64,000 nt of DNA from assembly GCA_963665845.2 (NCBI GenBank), contig OY762492.1, positions 3,488,001 through 3,552,000 of the forward strand, written 5' to 3'. Under the pieces are notes generated by a model, which did no database searches, was not told the origin of the DNA, and saw nothing but the letters and a program-made list of their open reading frames with translations. This document shows, one piece after another, positions 61,383 to 64,000 of the stretch. The stretch is from Candidatus Poribacteria bacterium (GTDB lineage Bacteria > Poribacteria > WGA-4E > GCA-2687025). A program made the translations under genes and the position numbers. Each line of letters opens with the position of its first letter. Position 1 is the stretch's first letter.

Positions 61383-61406
61383 AAAGGGCGACGGAAGGAA
61401 CGCAAC

Positions 61407-62846
61407 ATGAAAGATCGGACGCACGCGCAATTGAGCCGATACGGGATACGGGAGATGAGCCGCCGGGAGTTCTTTTTTGGGTTGGGAGCGAGCGTCGGCG
61501 CCGCGGCGTTCAGCAGCTTGTTGACGCGCGAAGCGTCCGCCGCCGTAGACACCCCGCTCGCCGCAAAGCCGCCCATGTTTCCCGCCAAAGCGAAGGCATG
61601 CATCTGGCTCACCATGGAGGGCGGACCGAGCCACATCGACACGTTCGACCCGAAGCCGAAACTGGCGGAGCTGCATATGACGCAGTTTGAGCGGCGCGGC
61701 AAGGCGTTTTCGCCGATGGCGCAGGGCAAGCGGTATTATGTCCAAAGCCCGTTCAAAAGCCGAAAGGTCGGAAAGTCGGGCGCGGACATGTGCGATCAGT
61801 TTCAGCATTTGCCCGCTGTCGCGGACGACATCTGCTTCTACCGAGGCTGTCAAGGCGAGTCGGTCGATCATCCGACCGCGTTGTACCATATGAACACGGG
61901 GGCAAAATTCGGCGGCGACCCTGCCGTCGGCGCCTGGGTGACGTACGGGCTGGGGACGCTCAACGAGAACCTGCCGGCGTTCATCGTTCTCCCGGAGGTT
62001 GCCCATCCGCAGGGCGGCGCGGGGAACTGGTCAAACGGCTTTCTGCCTGCCCATTATCAAGCGACGCCGCTGCGCTCCAAAGGCTCGCCCATCTTGAACC
62101 TGACGCCCCCTGACGGCGGCGACCCCGACCATCAGCGGCGCGGGCTGGAACTGCTGAACGAGCTGAACGATTACCACGCCGAGCATCGCCCAAACGCCGC
62201 CGACCTGAACGCGCGCATGGAAAGCTACGAACTGGCGTTTCGCATGCAGATGGAGGCGCCGGACGCGCTGGACATCTCCGGCGAAAATGAAAAAACGCGC
62301 GATATGTACGGAATCGGCGAGAAGGCGACCGACGCCTTCGGACGAAAATGCCTGCTCGCGCGCCGCCTCGTGGAGCGGGGCGTCCGTTTTGTGCAGCTAT
62401 ACTCAAGCGGATGGGACTCGCACGACTACCTAGAGCGGTCGCACAGCGCTCTCATTCACAGCGTCGACAAGCCGATTGCGGCGCTCATTCAGGATCTGAA
62501 ACGGCGCGGAATGCTAGAGGAAACGCTCATCGTCTGGGGCGGCGAATTTGGGCGAAGCCCCGACAACGGCATGCGGCGCGGCGGCGTCGCATACGGGCGC
62601 GACCATAACTCCAACGCGATGGCGGTGTGGCTCGCGGGCGGCGGCGTCAACGCGGGCAGCGTCGTCGGCGCGACGGATGAAATCGGCGAAACAGCCGTCG
62701 AAGCGGCGCGCCCGATACGCGACATCCATGTGACGATCCTGCGCCTGCTCGGTCTAGACGACAGCCAGCTGACCTATTTTCACGGCGGGCGGTATAAGCA
62801 GCTGTCCCAAACGGGCGGGGAAGCGATTGCGGAACTGATTGCTTGA
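61407..62846 (+). CDS. DUF1501 protein with a Tat signal
   Basis: SRREFF, GGPSHIDTFDPK, CLLARRLVERGVRFV, WDSH, GEFGR, GRDH. Confidence 0.95.
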   Translation: MKDRTHAQLSRYGIREMSRREFFFGLGASVGAAAFSSLLTREASAAVDTPLAAKPPMFPAKAKACIWLTMEGGPSHIDTFDPKPKLAELHMTQFERRGKAFSPMAQGKRYYVQSPFKSRKVGKSGADMCDQFQHLPAVADDICFYRGCQGESVDHPTALYHMNTGAKFGGDPAVGAWVTYGLGTLNENLPAFIVLPEVAHPQGGAGNWSNGFLPAHYQATPLRSKGSPILNLTPPDGGDPDHQRRGLELLNELNDYHAEHRPNAADLNARMESYELAFRMQMEAPDALDISGENEKTRDMYGIGEKATDAFGRKCLLARRLVERGVRFVQLYSSGWDSHDYLERSHSALIHSVDKPIAALIQDLKRRGMLEETLIVWGGEFGRSPDNGMRRGGVAYGRDHNSNAMAVWLAGGGVNAGSVVGATDEIGETAVEAARPIRDIHVTILRLLGLDDSQLTYFHGGRYKQLSQTGGEAIAELIA

Positions 62847-62865
62847 CAGGGGGGCTATTCCATAA

Positions 62866-63265
62866 CTCCCCCTTGAAAAGGGGGGCAGGGGGGTTTTGCG
62901 CGGTCTGGTTGCGCTTGGTTTTGAACTAGGATTGAAGGATGATTAAGATTGCCAAGATAGCGGTTTGCGGGAATCTCTTGGCAATCTTTTCCATCTTGGC
63001 AATCCTAGTTCAGACAGCAGGCGGTTTTGGCGGCGCCTAAGATTCCCGCTTGCGCGGGAATGCATGTCCTCGCGGAAGCGGGGAACGATTTGAGCCGCCG
63101 GACGCTTGGGGTGAACGCGGACAGTTTCGGCGGCGCCTAAGATTCCCGCTTGCGCGGGAATGACGCTTTGGGCTGCCGGACGCTTGAGGGGAACGCGGAC
63201 GGTTTCGGCGGCGGCTAAGATTCCCGCTTACGCGGGAATGACAGGAAGAGGGCGCGGGAATGACC
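62866..63265 (-). repeat. Inverted composite repeat followed by a REP-A cluster
   Basis: REP-B, family D palindrome, then three GATTCCCGCTTrCGCGGGAATG copies (about 63041, 63141, 63219). Confidence 0.88.
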
Positions 63266-63285
63266 CCCGTTTTCACGGGGGCAGG

Positions 63286-64000
63286 CTATGAGGGCGGCGA
63301 TAGCGGAGGGAGGGCGTTGACGATCTCAACGGTCTTGAGGCTGACGGAAACGACGCGCTTGATCAGCTCTAGGATGTAGCGTTCGTTGTCGGGGCGGTTC
63401 GGGTCGTTTAGGATGCCGCTTCGCTTGTCCGTCTTCACCTGATACTGATTGACGACCCACTCCAGCGCCGACCGATTCCCCAGACGATACTCCAGCGCCG
63501 CAGGCGGTATGCCCGACAGCGTCAAATAATCGTTATATAGAATCGAGCGCTTGTCTTTGGAGAGGCGCATCTTCTCGACCAGCAAATCGACCGGCGCGTC
63601 TTTCTTCTCTTCCGTTTGCAGCGGATACGAGTCCGCCGACTCGTAGTTCACATGCAGATCTGCCAACGCCGCCCCCGCCGACGCAAACGCCCGGAATTCC
63701 GGCGCCAACGGAATATGCGGCAGGTCGCGCTTCAGATTCTTCTCATAACGCTCTCGATAATCGGGATGATGCAGCAGCCCGTAGACGTAATGGAAAATGT
63801 CCCAGCGCGAAATGGACGGATCGCCGTAATGCGAACGGAAAGCGGACAACGCCCAATCGGTGATGTTTTCGCGCCGGTTGGAACCTTCCTCGTCGTAGGT
63901 GTAGAACGGAAACGATTGACAGGAATCAATGATGCCGAGACACGGTATCACATCCACCATCAAGGGATGAAAAGGTTTCTTACTTCCGATGCCGTTGACA
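63286..64000 (-). CDS. C-terminal target-recognition domain of a Type ISP restriction-modification enzyme (5' part outside the window)
   Basis: QSFPFY, ENITDWAL, DIFHYVYGLLH...YRERY..NL..DLPHIP, YRLGNRSALEWV, SGILNDPN. Confidence 0.9.
   Translation of the reverse strand, partial: VNGIGSKKPFHPLMVDVIPCLGIIDSCQSFPFYTYDEEGSNRRENITDWALSAFRSHYGDPSISRWDIFHYVYGLLHHPDYRERYEKNLKRDLPHIPLAPEFRAFASAGAALADLHVNYESADSYPLQTEEKKDAPVDLLVEKMRLSKDKRSILYNDYLTLSGIPPAALEYRLGNRSALEWVVNQYQVKTDKRSGILNDPNRPDNERYILELIKRVVSVSLKTVEIVNALPPLSPPS

Overview
GC-rich bacterial chromosomal window, most likely Candidatus Poribacteria. This is an inference from a C-terminal 'SVDPADKKKAPWGKIK' sorting-type motif, a PhyH dioxygenase, an ECF sigma factor fused to an exported domain and a DUF1549/1553-DUF1501 pair. 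Housekeeping genes (hemL, polyprenyl synthase, ribD, rpsT, recR, rsmG, ispE-tRNA-Gln, addAB-like, lptFG) alternate with accessory modules, and the intergenic DNA is dense with several REP/MITE families. Main highlights: (1) a three-gene operon in which a large TPR protein ends in a VapB-type antitoxin tail and is followed by an intact PIN nuclease and a catalytically degenerate PIN paralogue, a candidate sensor-gated toxin-antitoxin or defence system; (2) a complete IS621-like IS110 element whose bridge-RNA guides can be read from the sequence and match both its own circle junction and the host REP it sits in; (3) two REP-carrying MITE families with target-site duplications; (4) an AddA-like helicase with an eroded nuclease site; (5) an algI/algJ-type acetylation cluster in which three proteins share an unnamed domain. 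All calls were made by eye; no database searches were run.
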